Source: Octopus vulgaris
Taxonomy: Eukaryota
Assembly: GCA_951406725.2 (NCBI GenBank)
Contig: OX597815.1
Coordinates: 138,384,001 to 138,448,000 of the forward strand
Direction of reading: 5' to 3'
DNA length: 64,000 nt
The first letter of the stretch is position 1, and every line of letters begins with the position of its first letter. The notes beneath the pieces were generated by a model. That model was not told the origin of the DNA and did not search any database. It worked only from the letters and a program-made list of their open reading frames with translations. The position numbers were made by a program, and so were the translations under genes. Below, one piece after another: positions 39,832 to 52,811 of this stretch.

Positions 39832-40743
39832 TGTGTGTATAGGTGTGTGTGTGTATCAAAACTGAGTCCAACAAAAGCTATATCGTTCTCTCCGGAAGAA
39901 ATAGAATGCTTTTTCTTAAAATGCATGGCTTTAATACATGTTGTAACAATACAAATCCTTTGAGTCATTTATTTAAGTGATCAAATTATATTTTCTGAAC
40001 AGTAAGTTCGCATCATTTGTTCAAAACCCGCATATAACATACAAACACTCACAGTAGATAGTAAAGAGACAGGGAGGGGTGAGAGACATATATGTGTGTT
40101 TCTGTGTGGGTGCTTGTGACGAATAAAATGTATTTTCTTTGTAAAGCTGTAAATATAAGTAATGGACAAAAAATGCATACTCCCAGAAATTCTATTGTAA
40201 ATAAAATGTTTCTATTATCATCACTATTTTTGTCATCCCTCATCACTGCCGCTTAAGGCGACAGAAACGGTAGAGTTACAGATGAAATTTGTTGTCTTAG
40301 TTATTTATATTCTTATACGTCGTGTAATGCTATCTAGGTCAACGGTACTTGATACTGGATATACAGTAATCACTCGCCATATTGCTCTTCACCTATCACG
40401 CCCTCAGTACATCACAGATTTTCTGGCTAATATGTATAAATTTATATCGCAGACTTATCAGTATATTGTGGGTCTCTGCGGCCTATAGGTTTTTATATTG
40501 TTTTAGATTTTAATTATTTCCGTGGTAAAATAAACATTTTCATGCCTAAAAACTAATAGATTAATAAATAAAACTACAATACAGTACTGCACTGTATAAC
40601 ACATTAATTAAAATATATTAAAAGAAAATGCATTGTGTACCGTAGATGAATAAACAAAGAATCGCACATACCGTATGAAAAACGAAACTTGGAGGTGAGT
40701 GTGTTGTGTTGTTTTGCATTTATAATAAAATAAATGTACACAA

Positions 40744-40974
40744 GGCGGCGAATTGGCAGAAACGTTAGCACGCCGAGCGAAATGCTTACCGGTATTTCGT
40801 CTGCCTCTACGTCCTGAGTTCAAATTCCGCCGAGGTCGACTTTACCTTTCATCCTTTCGGGTTCGATTAAATAAGTACCAGTTGCGCGCTAGGGTCGATA
40901 TAATCAACTAATTCGTTTGTCTGTCCTTGTTTGTCCCCTCTGTGTGTAGACCCTTGTGGGCAGTAAACAAATAA
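40744..40974 (+). mobile_element. Full-length family-A SINE
   Basis: ggcggcgaattggcagaaacgttagc...gagttcaaattcc (B box)...cccttgtgggcagtaaacaaata. Confidence 0.9.
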
Positions 40975-41854
40975 CAAATTATAAAAATAAAAAAAATATA
41001 CAATACAGTACTGTTTCTATTTCGCAGATTTTCACTTATCGCGGAGAATTTTGGAACGTAACACCCGCGACCCCTAAAATGTATAGTATCCTTTCTACAA
41101 ATATGAAAAAATCTGTGATTATAAACAAAAACTTTTGTTTTAATTACTTAATTAGGAGGTACAGCGTGCATGATTTTTTAAGAGATTTTTTTTAGAGAAA
41201 AATTTATCCTAAATGTTCTACAGAAAAACGATTCTACTGAACTATATTCCGATTCTGCTATTTGAAACCACGATACTTCCCTTTCGTAACTATTTGTCAA
41301 GACTTCTCATATTTCTATAGACACTATAATTTAAAAAAAAAAAACTTTGAATATTACAATTTAATTGAATGTGGTACCGAAATATTTCATTTGATCAAAT
41401 ATAAAAGATTTTATTACATATTGATACATGATTCCTCAATACATGTCACTATTTCAACGAGCTGTTATTATAATTTAACAAGAAGTTTAAGCGAAAAATA
41501 CGACGCATTTCAACAGGTTTTTATAATTTTTCTTGTAATAACTATTTTTTCCATTTGCCTCGGTGGAATCTCTGGTTATCATAATTCACCGTGTTAATAT
41601 TACATGAATATGAAAGATATATACAGTTAAACTGATGGTGGATTTTCGAAAACCGTCTGTGAAATGAGTGCGATTGAGAATTAAAACAAGCTGAAGAATA
41701 GCCGACAAGTAAATTAGCAATGTGTAGTAGATAGGAATTAAACTCTTAACTTGTACACCTAGAAAATAACTTTATAATATCGTCTTCTGATGCTTTTTGT
41801 TAACGAGTTAACGTTTCATCTATCAAATTTATCTTCAGCTTCATACATTTGCAT

Positions 41855-41887
<33 letters not shown>

Positions 41888-42669
41888 GTGCATGGCAAGG
41901 GGTGTACAGAAAGTTTAACATGTGATGTAAAATATTGCCCATAGAAAATCAATATAACAATAAATCCCATAATATAAAGCACCATGTTTTACAACTGCTG
42001 CGTATTACTTCTGCAAACCCTCGATAGATTTCCCATCGATTCCACACTAGATACCTTCACTAGTTTTTTTCTAACACTGAATTTCTATGCTACCTTTCTT
42101 TAAACGACTTTTCTTTGAACGAGCATTAGCCTGTTTGTGTTCAATTTGGGTTACAATTGAGATTAGCACTACGTTTCCTCATTCTGTTAACTACACACCA
42201 GCCACTAAAATGCCATTCTTTCTGCATTTCTAGAAAGACATTTCTAATACCATTCAAATAAATAAAAAAAATTAAATTTTTTGAATGGTTTCATAATTTA
42301 ATTTCAGTTTATATAAATGCATTAGGTGTTGTATTTACACAATTTATCAGGATTTGTATTATTTATTAGATTCATATTTTTATTGCTAGGGCTATTTTAA
42401 TACATGCATATGATGTTATAGCAACAGTACAAGAAATAGTGAAACTTTGATAATTATTGGTGCAAGCATTAGGAAGATTTTATATATCTGTAAATATATC
42501 TGTACACGCACACACACACACGTGTGTGTATGTGTATGTATACATGTCTGTATTTTTCTGACTATATGTGGATATATATATATATATAAATGGAGTTTAA
42601 CGCAGGTATACACACACACACACACGTATATATATATGTATATGTATATATATTCTGACACATTGTGCC

Positions 42670-43330
42670 TCTTCTTCACTATGGATGTTAAATTCTTCTA
42701 CACAATCATCCTCCATAACGACGACCCTGCTTTACATTCTCAGTCGTCGCATCATTCTCCAACTCAGTGTGTGTACCCTTTTTCTCTTAACCGAACAGCT
42801 ACTCACCTTTAACTGCTTCTATTTTGCCAGCATATATTTGTAGTTGTTATGGGGAAAAGAGTTGATTCCATGATACCAGCATGTTTGTTGGGTGCATCAA
42901 GGCTCAAAATCTCATGAAGGCTCAAAGTCTCAAAGCTATACAGATGATTTAATAGATGATTTTATGGACGGTACCGCTCTCTATCTCGTAAACAACTGAA
43001 TACTTTAATCTAATTTGTCAATCCCTTTCACTATTTCTTCTAATTTTACTCTTCCGCTAGGAAATCTATCTCTACTAAACACTTCGACTACACTCTCACC
43101 GCTATCACTTCCTGTAACCCATCTCCTACACTTGTCCCGAATTTTCCTCATAACTCTCCACTCATGTTAAACGGATTATCCCTTACACTCAAATCCTGCA
43201 TCTCTGCCGTCCGTGTCATCTGCAATCAATTTGAGACCCAGTCACAGTACAATTCTTCTTTTCTTTCGAAAAAAGATACCCCACCTCTACTAATAACCCA
43301 AGCTGTATCTCTGTCGGTTGCGTCTCACTT
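42670..43330 (+). mobile_element. Decayed Penelope-like RT core
   Basis: FTMDVKFFYTIILHND, EQLLTFNCFYF, VVMGKR, LIDD, IPYTQILHLCR match eroded PLE motifs (DV.SLYT.IP, G.AMG, YIDD, IPYSQ.LR.RR). Confidence 0.7.
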
Positions 43331-43489
43331 TTCATTTTCTTTATCCCCGTCCTTCACCCCCAAAACAAAACTCTAAAACCTATTATCAGACATTTATCTC
43401 TATATCACAGAACTTTTGTTTTACTATTACTTGTATTTTATTTATTTATTTTTTTTCTTTCTCCCTACATCTAGTTAGTTCAGGTTAAA

Positions 43490-44362
43490 TACGTATGTAT
43501 GTGTGTATGTATGTATGTATGTATGTATGTATGTACGTATATATGTACGTATGTATGTGTGTATGCACATACGTACGCATGTGCGTATGTATGTATACGC
43601 GCACGTATGCATGTGCCCATGTATGTGTGTGCGTATATGTACGTGCGTATGTACGTGTGTATGCCCATACGTGGGTATGTATGTTTGTACTCATGTGCTA
43701 CGTATGTATGTGAGTGTCTAGGAGAATGGGCAGACACGTCTGTGTGTGTACATGTGTATGTACATGTGAACGTATGTCCGTGTACTGGTATGTGTCCGTC
43801 CAAGTTGTGTACATGACTGTTACTTTGTTGAAGGTTGTATACATACACACATATATGTTTGTATAGACGCACACACATATATATATGCGTGTTTGTTCCT
43901 CTCATCACCGTCTAACTGTGAATGAATGCAATGTTTAGGTGCAACTGTGCACATATAACCATATCCATATCCGCAAGTACACACACTCATAAATATACAT
44001 ATAATCTTAAAATACTCATATATTCTTATCCACTTCACCATACATATGTCCTATTACACACATACACACACACACACACGCATACACAAATGCACACACA
44101 CGCATAAACATACATACGCACACCCCTACACACATACATACAAAATACGATACAATATTTTATATTTATATATGCATAAACGCATACATATACAATACAT
44201 ACATATATCCATACATGCTCATATGTGTATGCATGTGCATTTTTTTTATAGCACCACACACGCACATACGTATCAAACAACGTACGCTCATACGGTTATA
44301 TGTAACAGCACATAAGTGTTTTAGCACCACGCATTGCAACATGTATGTAAGGATTACAAGTA

Positions 44363-44420
<58 letters not shown>
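43490..44420. repeat. Degenerate (GTAT)/(CA) low-complexity tract ending in (AG)n
   Basis: Directly visible. Confidence 0.9.
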
Positions 44421-44424
<4 letters not shown>

Positions 44425-44426
44425 GG

Positions 44427-45149
44427 TTATAGAATGGTCCTCTTGAATGTGATCTGGATGTTACGCCATTCGGATTTCCGGTTGAGAGTAGGTTTGTATT
44501 CTTGTACACAAAAAGCTTCTGTGACCTGTCTCAACATTGCATCGGTGGGATGTGTTGATAGGATGTTTAACTTAAGTTTCCCTAAGGATCCCTTGTGGCA
44601 GTCTACAGCATGTTGGTAGAATATGGAGTTTGGCTTCCTTTCAATGTAGTTGTCCAGGTGTTCTTTGATCCTATCATTGATACTTCTAGAAGTTTCACCT
44701 ATGTATGACTCTGGGTTAGTTGCACAAGCTCCTTCTTGGCACTCAATTTGGTATACAGTGCCCTTGGTTTTGCAGTTTACATGAGGATTTGTCGAACATA
44801 CTGCACAATTACTTTGACAGGTGATTCTATCAAATGGATATGATCTGCATAATGCCGATTTGATACCTGTCTTTTCTACAACTTTGATTTTAAGGCCAGT
44901 AGTGCGCAGGATTTTCTTGAATGCCTTACTTAGCTCGTTCTTAGGTGTGGCGTCAACGAACATTACTCCGTGAAATTTCCTGTTATCATACCAAGTAACG
45001 TTTCTCATCCTTTTGTTGCTGTCCCTCTCTAACCTATTCCAGAACTTGTTGCGGTATAGGGGGCATATACCGTTTTCGTCGTCCCTTAGAATGCGTTCGA
45101 AGAGTGTACAAGAGAGCGAAAGCAGGGAGGGAATTCTCGAGACCAACAT
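44427..45149 (-). mobile_element. Penelope-like element C-terminus with open GIY-YIG endonuclease domain (Naiad-like), RT absent
   Basis: 240-aa ORF: PLYRNKFW, VMFVDATP, IKVVEKTG, CQSNCAVC...NCKTKGTVYQIEC...YIGETSRSINDRIKEH...RQVTEA...LNRKSEW. Confidence 0.9.
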
Positions 45150-45712
45150 CTTGGGCAGAATGAATCTTTATTGTGGGTCATCGAATTTTGAAATACAGCA
45201 TGAAGAAAGAGAGAAGGAAACAACGATATTCCTGGTAAAAGATGAGTAGGGGTGATATGTAAATAGAAAGCTCAGAGAAATAGAGGCTATAATGTAAATA
45301 TAAAACTGCGAGGCTGTTGTTGCAATGTGTTGAAGATGACAAGGCTTTGAGAGGCAAATTCCAAATCTCTGTAGTAATGTTACTCAACAGAGCGCGTAGC
45401 TCGGAGATCACAGAGTCATTCCAAACCGCACCGCTATTTCGCTGCATTAAAAGGTCACAGTTCCGGCTTGTGATTAGAATTTCGCTGGAAAGAATCATAA
45501 GACGGATCTTTCAAGCCGAGCCAATCGGCAGGATGCCTAGGGGTATACAAAGGACACGATGGTAGACTAATATCCATAATTTCTGTTGGTGACATTTAGG
45601 AATGCAGCCTAAAAGTCTAATGGTAGTTATTTCTGATAGGACCCTATCGAAGATGTGACTGAGGACTCTAACCCCACGAATACCCCAGCAACAGTGGGCG
45701 GAGAAGATGAAT

Positions 45713-45767
<55 letters not shown>

Positions 45768-46261
45768 TACTACCGCCAGGAAGTATAGAGCTAATAAGCA
45801 TTTATTGTCTTTGTGCTGCAAAAACGAACCAGATTATTTCTCGAGCGAAAGCATTTTTGCTTCGGGATTTCTTGTGAGTTGCAAAGGTTTTATGTTGATG
45901 ATATCTATGTGTGAAAGGTTCACAGAGTTGTGCAAAATAATATTACAGGTTTAGAAGATAGCATAGTTAGAGTTTAAAGCAAAGAAGTTTCTAATGTACA
46001 AGAGTAGATGTGTGAAGCATAACATGATTGACTGAAGTTATATTACAGATTTCCCCCTCAGTGATCACTGACAATGTGATCTTATTGGAACCTACCGATC
46101 CGACCTAAGAATGGCTATCATAGTGGGCAGTTTAGTTTGGAGATTCAATATATAAACCCTTTGTCTGACAATATTTCTATAGCACCAAGTTATATGGTTT
46201 GCATATACAAGCAATAGTACTCAACATGTTTACTTGTCACCTGCTTTTATATGTCACTCAC

Positions 46262-46334
46262 CGTATAACCATTGAAGTTGAATTTACAAAAGTATCCATG
46301 AAATTTCAAGGTTTCATTAAGAAATCGTGTTGCT
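46262..46334 (-). other. Candidate isolated 73-bp exon, gene unknown
   Basis: ttaatttacggtattttcag|...ATRFLNETLKFHGYFCKFNFNGYT|gtgagt; good splice signals, one open frame, no recognised homology. Confidence 0.25.
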
Positions 46335-46369
46335 CTGAAAATACCGTAAATTAACATGTTTTTGTTAGG

Positions 46370-46415
<46 letters not shown>

Positions 46416-46419
<4 letters not shown>

Positions 46420-47002
46420 CATAAGGGACATTAGCCAACTGAATATGGCTAGGGACAGGGCAGGGTGGTGGGGGTGTCACTGTTGCATTTAGCCCCAGGC
46501 GAACATCAACGTCACCAGATAGGCCGACGCCATCACGGCGTCCTCTATCTTGCAAAGGGAGATCATTCCCCAAGAAGCGGATGCCACACACGGACCTAGG
46601 TTTCAAGGTGTATTGCCTATTATCAACGTATGGTAGGCACCGCTTCTCGACGAACAACTCACCGTGCAAGATATATATATAAAGATTTTCAAGTAAATAC
46701 ATTTACTGATTTCGAAAATCTGTTCGACAGCAATAATAATTCTCTAAATGAGATATAGACAGTGACTGCTCCATAACATAAGGGACATTAGCCAACTGAA
46801 TATGGCTAGGGATAGGGCAGGGTGGTGGTGGTGTCACTGTTGCATTTAGCCCCAGGCGAACATCAACGTCACCAGATAGGCCGACGCCATCACGGCGTCC
46901 TCTATCTTGCAAAGGGAGATCATTCCCCAAGAAGCGGATGCCACACACGGACCTAGGTTTCAAGGTGTATTGCCTATTATCAACGTATGGTAGGCACCGC
47001 TT
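46416..47002 (-). repeat. 230-bp direct repeat (46416-46645 / 46773-47002, 2 mismatches seen), structured and pLTR-like
   Basis: Direct comparison; contains GAAACCTAGGTC and hairpins gacgcc/ggcgtc, gccta/taggc, tagcca/tggcta. Confidence 0.92.
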
Positions 47003-47050
47003 TTTTTGCTATATTATTGCTATATATATATATATATATGCATATATATA

Positions 47051-47188
47051 TCTAATATAAAAGATACGAAGACTAATTTCTGTGTGTCAGTGTGTCACAC
47101 TTTGACCCCCTCTCTCACTATTCAATGACACTTCTATTGCTCATGCTGGAGTGAGAGTAATAGTGGGTATAGAAACAGTGAGGGCGGT

Positions 47189-47224
<36 letters not shown>

Positions 47225-47331
47225 AAGAAAAGAGAAGGAGAGAAAGAGAGACAAAAAAATTTAGGGAGAGTTGATGATGCTTTATTAAAAGTAGTAGTGT
47301 TGATGGTGACAGTGGGTGTAATAATAATAAT

Positions 47332-47374
<43 letters not shown>

Positions 47375-47859
47375 TAGAGAGAGAGTGGGTGTGTGAGGTA
47401 AAGAGGGACTGAACACAGAACTAATATGCTGAACTAACATACTGAGTAAACACCCACATTTAGCCTTTTTGTGATGGCAATGGGATGATGGTAATAGTAT
47501 GAGCTGTAGCTGTGACAGAGGTGGAGTCGGTGGGGATGGTAGTGGTGTTGGTAACCGAGGCAGTCAGGGATGATGGTGAGAGTAAGCGATGTGAAAGAAA
47601 GTGGTCATGTTGGTGGAGGGGAAGGCGACGAAGTCTAAGGTATTGGTGGTGATGGTGGCGACAGAAATCTAAATGGTGTGCGTATAGCAGATGTGGTGGT
47701 ACTGTTGCTTATCATGCAGCTTTGCAATAAGTTCCAGGTCGACAAATTATATCATTGTTTTGATGAAAATTGTTCATTGCTTGAAAAATATTGATCAAGT
47801 TTAACAAAATTCAGTATGGACTCAATACATGAAGTGCCATTGCTGGGCCCATGGGCTAA
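47051..47859 (+). mobile_element. Possible non-autonomous Helitron
   Basis: A|TCTAATATAAAAG start; GC-rich subterminal segment then CTAA|T (CTRR); internal (GA)n and GGT-rich tracts. Confidence 0.4.
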
Positions 47860-48031
47860 TGAAGAGCCCTCCACAGGAGCTAGCTTAAAAGCCACCCGAT
47901 ATATATATATATATCTTATTATAAAATATAATATAATATAATATAATACATATATATATATATATATATATAGGACCGTTTGTAGAAAACAAATCCGGAG
48001 AAGAAGCACACTCGAAGATGTAGAGCAGTTA

Positions 48032-48165
48032 ATATTACAATGGGGGAGGCCGGTTTATGTGGCTACCCTGGGTTCCTTTTTCATAAGGGGTTTGGCCTCA
48101 CGGCGTATCGTCAGACCCCAACAGGTTTGGGTAACCCCATAAACCGGCGTCCATCATTATAATAT
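48032..48165 (-). ncRNA. Long imperfect hairpin capped by a decayed hammerhead-like junction
   Basis: Arms atattataatg..gccggtttatg..ggttaccc / gggtagcc..cataaaccggc..cattgtaatat; gggt CTGACGA tac gcc-GTGA-ggc CAAA cc cctt-atgaa-aagg a accc. Confidence 0.5.
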
Positions 48166-48196
48166 AGCCATATATATATACATAGACATATGTAAG

Positions 48197-48246
<50 letters not shown>

Positions 48247-50926
48247 TATGTGCATGCAACAGTCAGAACATGGACACACAGATGATCTAATATAATAATC
48301 TACCTATTATTTTTTTTACGTAGCTAAATACCAAAACGTTGATTTTTAGGTTACTATTTGAAAGCAACTTGAAGAATTATAAAATATATACCAATTGTGA
48401 GGCTCATTGCAAACGGTTGTGCCAAATTTATGAAATCCGTTTTGACTGTTCGCTTACACAGAAATTTCCCAAACAGTTAAAACATCCCCACCCCACCAAC
48501 AAAACACACATACACACATACTCATATATATACACGCACATAAATCAGTATTGTTTGTGTGTTACTAAACAAAAATGATACTAGATAATTAAACTCGCAT
48601 AAGAACACTTAATTTTGTAAGTTTATGTTATTAGTGTTTTGTTAAGATTTTGCAGAAATGACAGAAAATCTAGGAGCCTTACAAATAGTTTGAAACTTTA
48701 TGACCTCTGTGAGTTTCTTAAAGCCAAGCCCTCAAACTTATGTTAGTTTATGAATTAACAAATAGTTCTCTGCAGAAAGGTTTTTTAGTTGGCTTTCCTT
48801 GATATTACTTGATTGAATATGATATTTTTAGGAGAGTTTTAAAGTTTATAATTTTTTTTTTGTATTGAACTTCTTCATCAGTAAATATTCTGTTGCTATT
48901 CTTAAACCTTCTTCAAACGTGATTTCAAACGTTTTGCTATCTTGTGCCTCTGAAAATTATCAATGCTTATAAATATCAAATATTAAATTTTACATCTAAG
49001 TTAATCTTAATTACCATATGCGTTGCTGATTCATGGGAAATTGGCACGCTTCTCCGGCGTTGAGAAATAACCCAATAAAATTGATATTATATTTCACAAT
49101 GAATTCAAAGATAGAAAATCGTAATCGACAATCTGATAAAATACAACTATCAGATAAATGTAGAATTGTTCTGCTTTTCCGTAGCCCGTGAACTTTAACA
49201 TATTATTATTACCATATCATGTTGTTAACTCTTAGAATGGTGTCAGTATCATATCCAGTGAGAGACGAGTAGATATTTTATCGAACGATGCACGATGTTT
49301 ATCCCAAAGACAAAGGGTAGTTGGTTTCTTCTTTAAAATGACAATAAAACACCATTATCAGTGTTTTCGGTTAGATAAATGTTAGGTTAATATGATATGT
49401 AAAAGGAAAAAATTAGAAATCAATAAAAAAAATATCATTGAAAGCAATTTTCTTGTCTATAAAGCAATCTTCATATTAACTTACGCATTGTCTGCATAGC
49501 AGCATCTAGTCAAAAAATTCCCAAATGTATTTCGTTGAGTACCTTAAACCAAAATCAACATTAATTGGTCTAAAACCAATGACATATTCAGCAGATACTG
49601 CCGTCATAAAACCAACGATTATGACAACGATATTAATATATCAGCAGAGCGCTAAATCAGAACAGATAAGAACAACTCATGGGAAATCATGAAATTAAGA
49701 TATAGTAAAATCAGTTAAATCGATGCCAGCAGAAGGTTATGAATAAATCTAATACTTCTCCCCTAGGCTTCTGTTATCTCTCAACCGCACACAGCAACTC
49801 ACTTCGTTGCAAGTGACACATCTATGGATAGAATACCATTTAGAGTGAGTATTTTAATAGTTTTCTTATTCATAAGCTCTATATTTGAGTTTATACAACT
49901 ACTGTTGAAGCATTGTTCAGTGTTTTTCTACTCTATAACTTTATGCAGTTGAAATGAGTAAATAGCGATTGGTAATTAAGATTAATGAGAGATAACGACT
50001 TTTTAACATCAAATCGAACAACAAGTTAATGGTCCCAACTTGATCGATTATCAAGATTAAATGCAAATAAAGTTTTCAGTTGCTTTATAACTGATTCACA
50101 GACCCGCAGATTTTTAAACACAGTTAATCAATTTACCATATTAAAGCTCAACTTTTACTGCCAAGAACTGAATATATCCCACATGTTTGTAAAGTCTGTA
50201 ATTAAAAATGAAAACAGATATAAATATGTAGATTATATATGCTTTAAAGCCAATAAATATACTATAAGATATGAAATCTACCGTGTTATAACAGTGATAT
50301 TCTAACACACTTTTCTGTTTTATAGAAAACTAATCGTACAAAGTATACACATTATATTTAATGAATAAGTATACGCCTATGCATTGTGGGAACCGTCCAC
50401 AAAGATATTTTGCCTCATTTCAGAGGTAGTTTGTCAATACTTTTATTTGGAGTTCAATGGCTGTATAATATATTACATTTTGTTTTTAAATATATTTTCA
50501 TATTTCATACCATGGTGTATAAATTAGGAAGTAATAAAATAAACGCATTGGAGGAATACTTACAGCAGAGTTAAGTGCAAAAGAGAATCAACATTCTCAC
50601 TGTTCCTGTAGTAAGTGAAGAAGTTATACTATTCTCAACTGAAGCTGAGTGATTTAGCAAAACGAAAACCACCACAAATAAGTATTAATTTAGAAAGATT
50701 ATCCTTAATACATATAAAAGGAGGTACAGTTCTTTCTTCAAGTAGACCGTTATAATAAAGTATCTATTGCATAACTACAATAATAAAAATTGTTTCTAAA
50801 AGATGAACAAAACAAAACACTGTCGCCTCTCTTCTGGAAAAGCAGCAAATATAATTCAAATACTGAGTCTGACGCAATAGCAAGGAAAATAGAAAAACAA
50901 TAACAATGACTATTTAAGAACTAAAT

Positions 50927-50976
<50 letters not shown>

Positions 50977-51227
50977 CATGACCAGTTCAGATATAAATAA
51001 CCCTGGCTGAGAACATGCACAGCCTTGTTGAAAAACGCAGTACTCAAATCTGTGACCTAAGATGTTTAGACTGCAGAGCGATATACATATAATGAAGTAG
51101 AATTAAAAATGTAACTAGAAATATCTACATGTTGGTGAAAAAACAATCAATTTAAGTTTAGTGAATACAATGGAAATTATGGTGGCATTATGAAATACTG
51201 AAAGAAAAGAGATTGTGAAGACATACA

Positions 51228-51642
51228 TATTTCTTTACTACCCACAAGGAGATAAGCACAGAGAGCACAAACAAGGACAGACAAACGGATTAAGTCGAGT
51301 ATATCGCCCGAGTGCGTAACTGGTACTTATTTAATCGACCCCGAAAGGATGAAAGGCAAAGTCGACCTCGGCGGAATTTGAACTCAGAACGTAGCAGCAG
51401 ACGAAATAACTATTTCTTTACTACCCACAAGGGGCTAAACACAGAGAGGAAAAACAAAGACAGACAAACGGATTAAGTCGATTATATCGACCCTAGTACG
51501 TAACTAGTACTTATTTAATCGAACCCGAAAGGATGAAAGGCAAAGTCGACCTCGGCGGAATTTGAACTCAGAACGTAGCGGCAGACGAAATACCGCTAAG
51601 CATTTCGCCCGGCGTGCTAACGTTTCTGCCAGCTCGCTGCCT
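51228..51642 (-). mobile_element. Family-A SINE 1.8-mer inside one 14-bp TSD
   Basis: Full copy 51411-51642 plus headless copy 51228-51409; TSD ttgtgaagacatac at 51213-51226 and 51644-51657. Confidence 0.92.
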
Positions 51643-52743
51643 TTTGTGAAGACATACCACAAGAGATATCAAAGGGCTCATTCAATTACTAAATTTAATT
51701 TTCAAGGAAATAATTGACAGTATCTTTGAAGTTTTATATGTGTCTGCTTTGTCGTTTACTATAGGGTAAGATAACCAAGAAAAGAAATGTCTCTTAACCG
51801 CAATATGTATTCCAACAGTAGAGAATGTAATGGAACAAATATCTAAAGTGTGAGAAATATAAATATTGTTGGTTTCAAAAACTTACACAATCCTCGAAAT
51901 GATGTCTTGAGAATACGTCAAAAATTGCAGGAAAATACATGACCATAATTCTCGAGCTTATACACAGTAAAAGCACTTCACATACGTAAAGTACATATAA
52001 CTGTGCTTGGTTGTGCTACTGAAATATTAATAACAACAAAGATTTTGAACAATGATATAAGACTGCACGATTAAACAGATACTGGTTTAAACTGACATAG
52101 CAAATCTGTAAGGATTTGGACTCTGAATATAGACTAAATCCCTCATAATATTTTAATTTCTAACATTTGTACAAGTGTAAATTTTATGGGCGGGGTATAG
52201 TTGATTAAAACAAGCACAGCATTTGATTGCTACTTTGTTTTATCGGCAATAAGAGGATAAATTGATGAACGTAATGTGAAGTAATTCACATGACATAACA
52301 TTAATAATAACACACATAAAGCAACCACATGTTCTTAATCTGCTGAAGAAGAAGTCTTCCTAATGGGTATTTCAAATCATGATAGAAATACATCTATATA
52401 AAAATATTGGAGAAATTATCCAAATTACGACATGGAAATAGATATAGACGGAATGATAGGATAAGAAGGATGGTGAACTGAGATAGTGTATAAAATAACA
52501 GGTGCAATGCAAATGATAAAAAGGAACATAGATGTGAAAATTTATATCATAGAAGAAAAAGTTGCCCTACTAGGTACTACGCATATTTCATGTAGAGAAC
52601 ATTCAATATAACAAATAACAGTAAACAATTTTTTTTAAAAAGGAAGCAAAGCAAACAGCAAATGCCTCAGGCACTTGAACACTGTACTCAGTTAGACAGT
52701 GAAAACACGCACCAGTAATAAGAATTGTATACAAGAGAGAGTG

Positions 52744-52811
<68 letters not shown>

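Noticed and set aside
49540-49650. Hydrophobic minus-strand segment that could splice to the 46334 acceptor
   Set aside because: Preceded by an in-frame stop, no acceptor, weak donor (gtactc).
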